DNA from: an uncultured Dehalococcoidaceae bacterium
Lineage (GTDB): Bacteria > Chloroflexota > Dehalococcoidia > Dehalococcoidales > RBG-16-60-22
Direction of reading: 5' to 3'
Length of the DNA stretch: 64,000 nt
NCBI GenBank assembly: GCA_964493435.1
Contig: CAZBMB010000001.1
Location: 223,486 to 287,485, forward strand
Shown: piece by piece, positions 55,819 to 64,000 of the stretch
Layout: each line of letters starts with the position of its first letter
Position numbering within the stretch: the stretch's first letter is position 1
The notes under the pieces: model-generated
What the model saw: only the letters and a program-made list of their open reading frames with translations
Databases searched by the model: none
Told to the model about the DNA's origin: nothing
Program-made: the position numbers and the translations under genes

Positions 55819-58220
55819 CCGCGCAGGGTGGCGCCCAGTTGCTGGTTCAGCTTTTTCAGAATCTGTTCCTGGACTTTATTCACCTCTTCGTCGGTCAGGG
55901 TGTGGGCGGGCGATTGGTAGGTGATGCGGTAGGCGAGCGATTTCTTTCCCGCAGGCACTTGCTTCCCGGAGTAGACATCAAATATGGCGATGTCTTTTAC
56001 CAGGGAGAAACCCTTGATAACGTCGACCGCCTGCTGGTGGCTGACGGCAGCGTCAACAATCAGAGCGATATCTCTGACCGTAGATGGGAAGCGGGGTATC
56101 GACTGGAACAGGCGGTGCACGGTAATCAGGGGCAGTAACCCGGTTATATCGAGCTCAAACAGGTAAACCGACTCCGCAATGTCAAAGGCTTCGGTCACCT
56201 TGGGGTGTAGTTCCCCGATAACGCCAAGTCTTTTATCGTTGACGGTAATCGCTGCCTGATGTGTTGGATGGAGGCTTTCATCATCACCCGGCTTGAAAGT
56301 GGCGGAGACGCCCAGTTTGCTGAACAATCCTTCCAGCACTGCCTTGGCATCGAAGAAGTCCAGCAGCCCGCCGTCACCGAGCCAGGACAGGTCGTTTCTG
56401 GAACCGCTGAGCAGCCCACAGAGCGCCTCAGGTTCATCAGGCAGTTCATTCGTCCTGGGCAGGTAAATTTTGCCCAGTTCAAACAGTCTGATGCCGCTTT
56501 CTTCATGTCTTCGGTTTGAGACCAGAATAGCCAGCAGATTGGCGCGCAGGGTGGGGCGCAGGTACTCCTGCTCTGCAGTCATCGGGTTGGCCACGCGGGC
56601 GGGCATCGGCGCTATTTTCCCGGTTTGCGGCTTGAGTTTGCGCAGCATCTCCAGGCCGGTCAGTGAATAGGTTATCGCTTCCTGAAAACCAAAACCTACC
56701 AGGCTGTCCCGTATTTTGTTCTCTAGCTTGAGCATAAGTGCCGGGCCATGTGGCGGTATCGACTGGCTAAGCATGGTGGTCGGAATCTTATCGTAGCCGA
56801 TAATGCGGGCGACCTCTTCAATGAGGTCGACTTCCAATGAAATATCGCTGCGCCAGTAAGGAGCGGTGGCTTTAATCTCGGTGCTGGCGGCACCGGGCTG
56901 GCACTCAAATCCCAGTGAAGTCAGGGTATCGGTTATCTGCTCGCGGCTGAATTCTTTCCCGAGGAGTTGCCCGGTTCGCTTCGTGGAAATCACAACTGGT
57001 TCCGGTTCTTTCTTTCCCGGGTAGACATCTGCCGCGCCTTTTGCGGCCTGCCCGCCACCGACCTGCATTATCAACTGCGTGGCCCGTCTCAAAGCTGGCA
57101 TGGTCAGCTCGGGGCGGATGCCCCGCTCAAACCGCATGCAGGCTTCACTGGGTAAAGATAGATGGTGTCCGGTATAATGAATGCTGGCCGGATTGAAGTT
57201 GGCCGCCTCCAGCAGTATTGAGGTGGTGCTTTCGGTGACCTCGCTGTTGGCGCCGCCCATCACACCCGCGATGGCCACGGCACGCTCGGTGTCGGCGATG
57301 ACCAGCATATTGCTGGAGAGCTTGCGCTCAACGCCGTCCAGGCTGGTAATGATTTCACCTTCGGTGGCCCGGCGGACGATGATTTTCCGGCTCCTGATAA
57401 GCTCATAGTCAAAGGCATGCAGGGGCTGACCCAGTTCAAGCATCACGTAGTTGGTGACATCAACCACGTTATTGATGGGGCGCATGCCGCAGGCGAGCAG
57501 TCGCTGCTGCATCCATTGCGGTGATTGGCCGATTTTAATGCCGGTAATCAAGCTGGCGCAATATCTGGGGCAGAGGTCCGCGTCAATGATTTCCACCGCG
57601 ATGTGCTGGTCGATTGGCGGGCCGGCTTCTTCATAGGCGATTTCCGGTGCATGCATTTTCTGCCCGGTCAGTGCGGCTACCTCGTGGGCGATGCCGCTCA
57701 CGCAGAGGCAATCGGGCCGGTTGGGCGTTACGTCTATGTCAAGGATAACGTCGCCCAGGTAGCCAGCCAGGGGCATGCCCACTGGTGCGTCAGCGGGCAG
57801 TACCAGTATCTCGGTATGGTTGTCCGAGATGCCGAGTTCTTTTTCCGAGCAGACCATACCGCTTGACTCCACGCCGCGGATTTTCGCTGGCTTCAAGGTG
57901 GCTGTCTGGCCGGTGTGCCCGTCGATAAGCTCGGCGCCAACTCCGGCAAAAGCTATCTTATCGCCGATATTCAGGTTGGGGGCGCCGCAGACCACGGTCG
58001 ACTGTCCGGTGCCGATGTCAACCGTGGGCAGTCGCAAACGGTCGGCGTTGGGGTGAGGATTGACGGCGGCAATCTGGCCGACCACGATGTTGTCCCACTT
58101 ACCGCCGACCACCTGTACCCCCTTGGCCTCAACCCCGGCCATGGTCAGACGGTCGGCCACCTCTTCCGGCGGCAGATTGACATCAACGAATTCCCTGAGC
58201 CACTTCAGTGTAACTTTCAT
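55815..58220 (-). CDS. pheT: phenylalanine--tRNA ligase beta subunit
   Basis: 801 aa; MKVTLKWLREFV N-terminus, tRNA-binding OB domain, B3/4, B5 and FDX-ACB domains. Confidence 0.95.
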   Translation of the reverse strand: MKVTLKWLREFVDVNLPPEEVADRLTMAGVEAKGVQVVGGKWDNIVVGQIAAVNPHPNADRLRLPTVDIGTGQSTVVCGAPNLNIGDKIAFAGVGAELIDGHTGQTATLKPAKIRGVESSGMVCSEKELGISDNHTEILVLPADAPVGMPLAGYLGDVILDIDVTPNRPDCLCVSGIAHEVAALTGQKMHAPEIAYEEAGPPIDQHIAVEIIDADLCPRYCASLITGIKIGQSPQWMQQRLLACGMRPINNVVDVTNYVMLELGQPLHAFDYELIRSRKIIVRRATEGEIITSLDGVERKLSSNMLVIADTERAVAIAGVMGGANSEVTESTTSILLEAANFNPASIHYTGHHLSLPSEACMRFERGIRPELTMPALRRATQLIMQVGGGQAAKGAADVYPGKKEPEPVVISTKRTGQLLGKEFSREQITDTLTSLGFECQPGAASTEIKATAPYWRSDISLEVDLIEEVARIIGYDKIPTTMLSQSIPPHGPALMLKLENKIRDSLVGFGFQEAITYSLTGLEMLRKLKPQTGKIAPMPARVANPMTAEQEYLRPTLRANLLAILVSNRRHEESGIRLFELGKIYLPRTNELPDEPEALCGLLSGSRNDLSWLGDGGLLDFFDAKAVLEGLFSKLGVSATFKPGDDESLHPTHQAAITVNDKRLGVIGELHPKVTEAFDIAESVYLFELDITGLLPLITVHRLFQSIPRFPSTVRDIALIVDAAVSHQQAVDVIKGFSLVKDIAIFDVYSGKQVPAGKKSLAYRITYQSPAHTLTDEEVNKVQEQILKKLNQQLGATLRG

Positions 58221-58229
58221 CTCGCCCCG

Positions 58230-59270
58230 CTAAAACTGTTTCAGGAATCTGAGGTCGTTGCCGTAAAACAGTCTGATATCATCAATGCCATAGCGCAGCA
58301 TGGGCAGTCGTTCAATGCCTATGCCGAAGGCAAAGCTGCTGTACACGTCAGGGTCGATGCCGCCCCGCTTTAGCACTTCGGGGTGAGTCATGCCGGCACC
58401 GAGTATTTCTATCCAGCCGCTGTAACTGCAGAGTCGGCACCCCTTGCCGTTGCAAGCCAGGCACTCTATGGCCATCTCCACACCCGGCTCAACGAAGGGG
58501 AAGAAATCGCAGCGGAAGCGCACCTTTCTTTCCTCGCCGAAAAAGCGGCGGGCGAACTCGTAAAGCGTTCCCTTAAGGTCGGCCAGGGTGATGCCTTTGT
58601 CCACGGCTAGGCCGTCTATCTGATAGAACATAGGGAGATGGGTGGCATCCGTCGCTTCGTAGCGATAAACTTTACCCGGCTCTATCACCCTTATCGGCGG
58701 TTCCATTTTCTCAATGACGCGCGCCGTTACCGCCGTGGTATGGGTGCGGAGAAGCATGTTGTACTGACCGCTTTCTGCTTCGGGCTCCACCCAACAGGTG
58801 GAAAAGGTATCCCGGGAGGGATGTTCGGCGGGAATGTTCAGGGCCTCAAAGTTATAATAGTCCCACTCCACGTCCGGCCCTTCATATATCTGAAAGCCCA
58901 TAGAGGCGAAGATATCAAAGATTTCATCGAGGGTCTGCGTTATCGGGTGCCGGCGCCCGTCCGGCAGGGGGCGACCAGGCAGGCTGATATCAACGATTTC
59001 TCGCTGTGTCCCGGATACGAACCGCGCTTCGCGCAGCGCCAGTTCCTTCTCTTTCAACCCGTTCTCTAGGATGGCCTTGACCTGGTTGGCCCGGGCACCG
59101 ACTGACTTTCTCTCTTCTACCGGCAATGTGGCCAGGCTGCGCAGGAGCGAGGTCAGGGAGCTCTTCTTACCAAGGTAACGAACCCGCCATGATTCCAGCT
59201 CTTTTCCGTCCTGTATCCTGTCCAGTTCCTGGAACGCCTTTGTTTTCAGTTCGTCAAGCTGCTGTATCAT
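58230..59270 (-). CDS. pheS: phenylalanine--tRNA ligase alpha subunit
   Basis: 346 aa; class II motifs ([45 protein letters not shown]). Confidence 0.95.
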   Translation of the reverse strand: MIQQLDELKTKAFQELDRIQDGKELESWRVRYLGKKSSLTSLLRSLATLPVEERKSVGARANQVKAILENGLKEKELALREARFVSGTQREIVDISLPGRPLPDGRRHPITQTLDEIFDIFASMGFQIYEGPDVEWDYYNFEALNIPAEHPSRDTFSTCWVEPEAESGQYNMLLRTHTTAVTARVIEKMEPPIRVIEPGKVYRYEATDATHLPMFYQIDGLAVDKGITLADLKGTLYEFARRFFGEERKVRFRCDFFPFVEPGVEMAIECLACNGKGCRLCSYSGWIEILGAGMTHPEVLKRGGIDPDVYSSFAFGIGIERLPMLRYGIDDIRLFYGNDLRFLKQF

Positions 59271-59348
59271 CTTCGTGCCGTGGTCTTTCCCTTGGTAAGA
59301 AAGATAATTAAAAGAGTCGTGGCAAATGCCAGTTATCCCGTTTTGAAC

Positions 59349-59702
59349 TCAGGCCTTCTCTCTGACGGTGTTGACCAGACTGTTGAAAGCCTCGGGCTCT
59401 CTAACCGCCATTTCAGCCAGCATCTTCCGGTTTATACCGATGCCGGACTTCCTGAGCAGGTTCATGAACTGGCCGTATTTCAGTCCCTGGGCGCGACTAG
59501 CGGCATTGATTCGCAGAACCCACAGCCTTCTCATATCGCCTTTCCGCTCGCGGCGGTGCTGGTAAGCATAGCTCAGGGAATGCAGCGTCGCCTCGTGAGC
59601 ACGGCGATAGAGGGTATGCCGGGATGCCCTCTGCCCTTTGGTCATGGCGAGTATCTTTTTATGTCGGTGGTGGGTGGTAACCCCTCTCTTAACTCGTGGC
59701 AA
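59349..59702 (-). CDS. rplT: 50S ribosomal protein L20
   Basis: 117 aa; MPRVKRGVTTHHRHKKIL ... YAYQHRRERKGDMRRLWVLRINAA. Confidence 0.95.
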   Translation of the reverse strand: MPRVKRGVTTHHRHKKILAMTKGQRASRHTLYRRAHEATLHSLSYAYQHRRERKGDMRRLWVLRINAASRAQGLKYGQFMNLLRKSGIGINRKMLAEMAVREPEAFNSLVNTVREKA

Positions 59703-59719
59703 GCGATGGCCCTCCTATT

Positions 59720-59923
59720 CTAGCCAATCCCGTGGGGAATCAGTCTTTTAATTCTGGTTCGGTCAGCGGGATGCAGCTCAACTTTGCTGTCGAACAGCCT
59801 CTTCACCCGCTTGGCCTTGCGCCGGCGCAGGTGGCTTTTCGGGCCTTTAACCCGCATTATCTTACCGCTGCCGGTAATATGGAAGCGACTTTTAGCGCCT
59901 TTATGCGTTTTCAGTTTCGGCAT
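59720..59923 (-). CDS. rpmI: 50S ribosomal protein L35
   Basis: 67 aa; MPKLKTHKGAKSRFHITGSGKI. Confidence 0.93.
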   Translation of the reverse strand: MPKLKTHKGAKSRFHITGSGKIMRVKGPKSHLRRRKAKRVKRLFDSKVELHPADRTRIKRLIPHGIG

Positions 59924-60464
59924 CTTGATTTTCCTTTATCTCTTCCTTGAGTTTCACTTTCGCCACCGGTACCAGGATGATGTTCATACGTTTTCCTTCT
60001 ATAACAGGCTGCCTCTCCATGGAGGCGTTCTCATTAAGTGTCTCTGTCATCCGCTGTAGCAGTTTAAAACCCAGCTCCGGGTGGGTTATCTCTCGTCCCC
60101 GGAAGAGTATCGTTACCTTTACTTTGTCACCTTCTGCCAGCAGTTTCCGTGCTGTCCTGGCTTTGGCTTCAAAATCGTGATCACCAATCTTTGGCCGCAG
60201 CCGCACCTCCCTGAGCAGGGAGACTTTCTGGCTCTTTCTTATCTCTTGCTCTTTTTTTGCCTGCTGGTATTTGTATTTGCCGTAGTCCAGCAAGCGACAT
60301 ACCGGGGGTGTGGCGGCCGGGGCGACTTCTACCAGGTCGAGGTAGTGTTTTCTGGCAATCTCCTGTGCCTGACTCAAGGGCATAACTCCCAACTGCTCCC
60401 CTTTCTCCCCCACAAGACGAACTTCTTGAGCTCGGATCATCTGATTGATTCGCAGTTGTTTAAT
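59901..60464 (-). CDS. infC: translation initiation factor IF-3 (probable non-AUG start)
   Basis: The ORF track starts at ATG 60440 (MIRAQEVRL). The frame stays open upstream and encodes IIKQLRINQ, and the conserved IN-x2-IRAxEVRL block begins before the ATG. ATT (60462-60464) or ATA (60465-60467) lies downstream of AAGGAGG (60479-60485). The exact start is uncertain. Confidence 0.85.
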   Translation of the reverse strand: MKQLRINQMIRAQEVRLVGEKGEQLGVMPLSQAQEIARKHYLDLVEVAPAATPPVCRLLDYGKYKYQQAKKEQEIRKSQKVSLLREVRLRPKIGDHDFEAKARTARKLLAEGDKVKVTILFRGREITHPELGFKLLQRMTETLNENASMERQPVIEGKRMNIILVPVAKVKLKEEIKENQDAETENA

Positions 60465-60571
60465 TATGTCCTTATCAACCTCCTTAGTGCACAGGTCTTT
60501 TACGTTGAAAGACTATATCATATTATAAGTCAATAATCAAATTCAGGAAAACAAGGGCTCATACTGATCCG

Positions 60572-62464
60572 TTAATCTGCCTTACCGCTGTTCTCAGTAT
60601 CTATTGTCCGGCGGGCAATAGCTGATTTAACGGTCTCCTTGAATTGCGCTAGGGTCTGCTCGGCAACCTGCTCTCCGCTGCGAAGGCGGATGGATACGGC
60701 TTTGTTCTTCACCTCTTGGTCGCCCACCACCAGCATGTAGGGGATTTTTTCCAGCTGTGCCTGGCGGATTTTGGGATTCATCCGCTCCGCCCGGGCATCA
60801 ACATCGGCACGAATGCCCTCATTCTTGAGTTCCGCCTCAACCTGGCAGGCATACTCAAGATGGCGGTCCGCCACCGGAATTAGGCGCACCTGGACGGGAG
60901 CCAGCCAGACCGGGAAGGCGCCGCCGTAATGCTCCAGCAGGGTGGCCAGAAAGCGCTCCATGCTGCCGAGCACAGTGCGGTGCACCATGACTACCGAATG
61001 CTCTCTACCGTCCTCACCGATGTAGTTAACGTCAAACCGGGGCGGCAGGTTGAAGTCAACCTGAATGGTCGGCCCCTGCCACGCCTTGCCCAGCGCGCTC
61101 TCAAACTTGATATCTATCTTGGGACCGTAGAACACGCCCTCTCCGGGGTCAATCTCATACTCACGCCCCGACCGCTCCAGTGCCTGGCGCAGGGTCTCCG
61201 TGGCCTCATCCCATATTGCCACTGTGCCGGCGTATTTGTCGGGTCGAGTGGAGAGCAATAGCTGATAGTTCTGGAAGCCGAAGGTGTCTATCATAAAGAG
61301 AGCCAGATCAAGAACACCGACGACCTCATCTTCAAGCTGGTCAGGTCGGCAGAAGATATGGGCATCATCCTGTGTGAAACCTCTGACGCGGGACAGACCG
61401 TGGAGCACACCGGAGCGCTCGTATCGATACACGGTGCCCAGTTCAGCGTAGCGCAGCGGCAGGTCGCGATAGCTGCGCAGCCTGGTATTGTAAATGGCGA
61501 TATGACCCAGGCAGTTCATCGGCTTCAAGATATACTGCTGCCCCTCAATGTCCATCGGGCTGTAAAGGTAGTCTTTATAAAACTCAAGGTGTCCGCTGGT
61601 GCGCCACAGGTCCATCCGGGCGATGTGTGGCGTATAGACCAGGTCATAACCGCGCTTGAAATGTTCCTCTTTCCAGAAGTCCTCAATGACGCGCCGGATG
61701 ACGGCCCCCTTCGGGTGCCAGAGGACCAGGCCGGGACCGAATTCGTCCTGGATGCTGAACATGTCCAGTTCCCTGCCCAGCTTGCGGTGGTCTCTTTTGG
61801 CGGCTTCCTCCAGCAGTCTCAGGTGTTCCTCCAGTGCTTCATCAGTGTCGAAGGCTATGCCGTAGATGCGCTGCAGCATCGGCCGGTGCTCGTCGCCGCG
61901 CCAGTAGGCCCCGGCGATGTTGAGCAGCTTGAAGGCCTTGATTTCGCCGCTTGATTTCACGTGGGGACCGCGGCACATGTCCAGGAACGAGCCCTGCCGG
62001 TAGAGGCTGACCTTCTCATCGGGCAGATCGTCGATTAGTTCCAGCTTGTAAGGCTGGGAGGCAAAGGCCTGCCGCGCCTTCTCTTTAGTTACTTCACTGC
62101 GGGTAAACGGCGCATCGGCGGCGATGATTTCTTTCATCTTTTGTTCAATAACGGGCAGGTCATCGGGGCCGAGCGGGCGGGGCAAATCAAAATCGTAATA
62201 GAAGCCGTCCTCTATCGCCGGCCCGATGCCGAATTTGGCGTCAGGGAAGATGGACAGGACCGCTTCCGCCATCACGTGGGAGGCGGAGTGCCTCATGGTC
62301 TCCAGGCGCTCTTCTTTTTCTTGATTTGCTTTTGATGCCACTTTCAAAACCTGTCCATTTATAATTACAAAAACCTCTCCCCCAGTTTTGGTACGAGAGG
62401 CTTTGCCTATCCCTACCTGTCCATCAGCCCTATTATAGCAGCGACGTGCCACGAGTGCAAACAT
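60572..62464 (-). CDS. thrS: threonine--tRNA ligase (N-terminal TGS region degenerate or absent; start uncertain)
   Basis: It has the editing-domain motif HSASHVMAEAV, class II catalytic motifs (YRYERSG, FTQDDAHIF, GPTIQVDF) and an anticodon-binding C-terminus. The longest ORF is 630 aa. Alternative in-frame starts are TTG 62347 and GTG 62341. Confidence 0.88.
   Translation of the reverse strand: MFALVARRCYNRADGQVGIGKASRTKTGGEVFVIINGQVLKVASKANQEKEERLETMRHSASHVMAEAVLSIFPDAKFGIGPAIEDGFYYDFDLPRPLGPDDLPVIEQKMKEIIAADAPFTRSEVTKEKARQAFASQPYKLELIDDLPDEKVSLYRQGSFLDMCRGPHVKSSGEIKAFKLLNIAGAYWRGDEHRPMLQRIYGIAFDTDEALEEHLRLLEEAAKRDHRKLGRELDMFSIQDEFGPGLVLWHPKGAVIRRVIEDFWKEEHFKRGYDLVYTPHIARMDLWRTSGHLEFYKDYLYSPMDIEGQQYILKPMNCLGHIAIYNTRLRSYRDLPLRYAELGTVYRYERSGVLHGLSRVRGFTQDDAHIFCRPDQLEDEVVGVLDLALFMIDTFGFQNYQLLLSTRPDKYAGTVAIWDEATETLRQALERSGREYEIDPGEGVFYGPKIDIKFESALGKAWQGPTIQVDFNLPPRFDVNYIGEDGREHSVVMVHRTVLGSMERFLATLLEHYGGAFPVWLAPVQVRLIPVADRHLEYACQVEAELKNEGIRADVDARAERMNPKIRQAQLEKIPYMLVVGDQEVKNKAVSIRLRSGEQVAEQTLAQFKETVKSAIARRTIDTENSGKAD
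62432..62460 (-). promoter_or_regulatory. Putative promoter TTGCAC-17-TATAAT upstream of, or within the 5' end of, the thrS ORF
   Basis: The minus strand has its -35 at 62455-62460 and its -10 at 62432-62437. It lies inside the first 11 codons of the longest thrS ORF. Confidence 0.45.
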
Positions 62465-62476
62465 GCCGTCCGCAGT

Positions 62477-62506
62477 TTGCCTGACGCTCTGACAAATCGC
62501 TATAAT
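62477..62506 (+). promoter_or_regulatory. Putative promoter TTGCCT-18-TATAAT for the MFS transporter gene
   Basis: Read directly. The -10 ends 14 nt before ATG 62521, with GAGG in between. It is divergent from the thrS promoter. Confidence 0.45.
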
Positions 62507-62520
62507 GAATTTGAGGCTGC

Positions 62521-63672
62521 ATGATAAAACGAGTATTCCCCATCCTGGCGCTGGCTATATTCTCTTCCATGCTCGGCGCCGGCATCGTCGTCCCGCTCCT
62601 GCCGCTCTATGCCGAAAGCATGGGGGCAACCGGCCTGTGGCTGGGGTTTATCTTCGCCGGCTTTTCCATTTCCCGCACCGTCTTCACCCCGGTCTTCGCT
62701 CGGCTCTCCGACCGTAAAGGCCGGAAGCTCTTTCTCAGCATTGGTCTTTTCGCCTACGCGCTGATTTCATTTGCCTATGTTCCGGCCGCCGACGTCTACC
62801 AGCTGGTCCTGATACGCTTGGTGCACGGCGTGACCGGGGCCATGATTTTGCCGATTGCGCAGGCATATATTGGCGACCTTTCTCCAGAGGGTGAGGAGGG
62901 GAGGTGGATGGGCTACTCTAATGCCGCCTTTTTCAGCGGTTTTGGCTTTGGCCCGCTCATGGGCGGCCTGCTTGCCGACCAGTGGGGGATGGACCTCGCC
63001 TTCATCACCATGGGTGTCCTGAACCTGCTGGCGTTTATAATTGCGGTTATCCTGCTGCCCCAAAGCGATTTGAAAAAGCAGGCCGCGGCTGTCCCTCTTT
63101 CTTTCATGGGTATGCGCCACAGTCGTACCATGATAGGTCTGTGCAGTTTCCGGCTGGCAATCGCCATGGGCAGGTCTTCTTTTTTCACCTTCCTGCCGGT
63201 GTTTGCTGCCATGAGCCTCGGCCTGCCGGCCAACCTTATCGGGCTCCTGATAGCGGTTCACGTCCTGTTAATGTCGGCGCTCGGCGTTCCTGGAGGGAGA
63301 CTAGCCGACATTTTCAGCCGACGGGCAATGGTGGTTATCGGCTGTTTCGTGATTTTCACGTATCTATTTCTGGTGCCAATGTCACCGGGCTTCGGGATGT
63401 TGCTGGCGCTGTGTATTCTGGGCAGTATCGGTAGTGCCATGGTCACGCCGGCGGTCATGGCGATGACGGTGGAGGAGGGGAGGAAATACGGCATGGGCTC
63501 GGCCATTGCTGCCATCACCATAGCGCTGAGCATTGGCATGGCGGTGGGCCCCATTCTGAGCGGCGCTATTGTGGATCTGATAAATATCAACGCCGCATTC
63601 TATTTCAATGCTGGTCTGGCCTTATTGGGCGCTGCTTTATTCATGTGGTTCACCCGCCCGCAACGAAGTTAA
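62521..63672 (+). CDS. MFS transporter
   Basis: 383 aa; about 12 hydrophobic segments; MFS loop 2-3 motif (RLSDRKGRK); a second half of similar topology. Confidence 0.85.
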   Translation: MIKRVFPILALAIFSSMLGAGIVVPLLPLYAESMGATGLWLGFIFAGFSISRTVFTPVFARLSDRKGRKLFLSIGLFAYALISFAYVPAADVYQLVLIRLVHGVTGAMILPIAQAYIGDLSPEGEEGRWMGYSNAAFFSGFGFGPLMGGLLADQWGMDLAFITMGVLNLLAFIIAVILLPQSDLKKQAAAVPLSFMGMRHSRTMIGLCSFRLAIAMGRSSFFTFLPVFAAMSLGLPANLIGLLIAVHVLLMSALGVPGGRLADIFSRRAMVVIGCFVIFTYLFLVPMSPGFGMLLALCILGSIGSAMVTPAVMAMTVEEGRKYGMGSAIAAITIALSIGMAVGPILSGAIVDLININAAFYFNAGLALLGAALFMWFTRPQRS

Positions 63673-63684
63673 ACCACGGCTGGT

Positions 63685-64000
63685 TCACCGGCCCCGGCGG
63701 TTGATATAACTGACCAGGAAAAGGAGTACACCGCCAAGTAGCAGTGCCCCCAGGTCCAGATACTTGATGACGAGCAGTTTGCTGAGGAGCCCGACTGTGC
63801 CGCCACCGATAAGTGCCGCCATAGCGCCGGCAGGGGTAACCTTCAGCTGCTCCTTGAAAAAGCCGGCCAGGACGGGAATAATGACGCCGGCGGTGTATAT
63901 CGTATAGGCGAAAAGGAGGGCGCTGATAACGCCCTTGAGCATTAAGGCGACCAGGAGAGCGCATATGCCGAGCAGTATTATCGCCCACTTGGAACGGGGC
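63685..64000 (-). CDS. integral membrane protein, probably the sodium:solute symporter family C-terminus (5' end outside window)
   Basis: The minus-strand frame stays open to the window edge (PRSKWAIILLGICALLVALMLKGVISALLF...). It is hydrophobic and Gly-rich. The family assignment is tentative. Confidence 0.5.
   Translation of the reverse strand, partial: PRSKWAIILLGICALLVALMLKGVISALLFAYTIYTAGVIIPVLAGFFKEQLKVTPAGAMAALIGGGTVGLLSKLLVIKYLDLGALLLGGVLLFLVSYINRRGR

Noticed and set aside
60486-60571. Promoter-like hexamers (TTGACT, TATAAT, TGATATAGT) in the thrS-infC spacer
   Set aside because: The hexamers are mutually mis-spaced: TTGACT and TATAGT are only 10 nt apart. Only an extended -10 remains plausible, which is too weak to report as a feature.

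Overview
This is a 64-kb bacterial chromosomal window of about 90 genes, mostly core housekeeping. I had no search tools, so every call rests on reading the supplied translations, hand-translating gaps, and recognising motifs and gene order.

**Layout**
- **1-917 (+):** 3' part of a phosphohexomutase gene.
- **1.1-21.3 kb (-):** one uninterrupted str/S10/spc/alpha ribosomal super-operon, running rpsL-rpsG-fusA-rpsJ ... secY-adk-map-infA-rpmJ-rpsM-rpsK-rpsD-rpoA-rplQ-truA-rplM-rpsI. There is no tuf between fusA and rpsJ.
- **21.4-30.8 kb (-):** HpcH-type aldolase and a lipoate cluster (lipA, lipB, E3 lpdA, an AhpD/CMD-like CxxC protein, a lipoyl-E2, an AcoX/NAD-kinase-like protein). These are followed by a 2-hydroxyacid dehydrogenase, a DUF2148-like protein and an M42 peptidase.
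- **30.9-40.2 kb:** tRNA-Thr(CGU), endonuclease IV-like protein, ftsH, moaE-like, polyprenyl synthase, metG, rsmI, GuaB3-type IMPDH-related protein, and a hypothetical protein with a poly-Glu tail.
- **40.2-49.2 kb (+):** the only accessory-looking stretch, and by eye more AT-rich. It holds three small genes, then a tight same-strand cluster: CheR methyltransferase, a membrane histidine kinase with a seven-heptad Glu-rich coil, a tandem-receiver protein, a REC-PAS-PAS hybrid kinase, a single REC, an OmpR-type regulator, a Crp/Fnr regulator, a small ferredoxin and a small zinc-ribbon protein.
- **49.2-64 kb:** dxr-rseP-ispG, proS, an AbfD/HpaB-family enzyme, pheST, rplT-rpmI-infC, thrS, an MFS transporter, and the 3' end of a symporter-like membrane gene.

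**Leads worth a second look**
1. The orphan CheR sits next to a kinase whose heptad coil matches the chemoreceptor methylation consensus.
2. A duplicated GAC-N4-GTC motif sits at class II Crp/Fnr-like spacing upstream of the two small Cys-rich genes.
3. The E2 / AhpD-like / E3 / lipB / lipA cluster has no E1 genes.
4. An ~85-nt two-hairpin intergenic element is present twice, in opposite orientations.

**Taxonomy:** the gene content is reminiscent of an anaerobic Chloroflexota (Dehalococcoidia-like) genome. That is an impression I could not verify.
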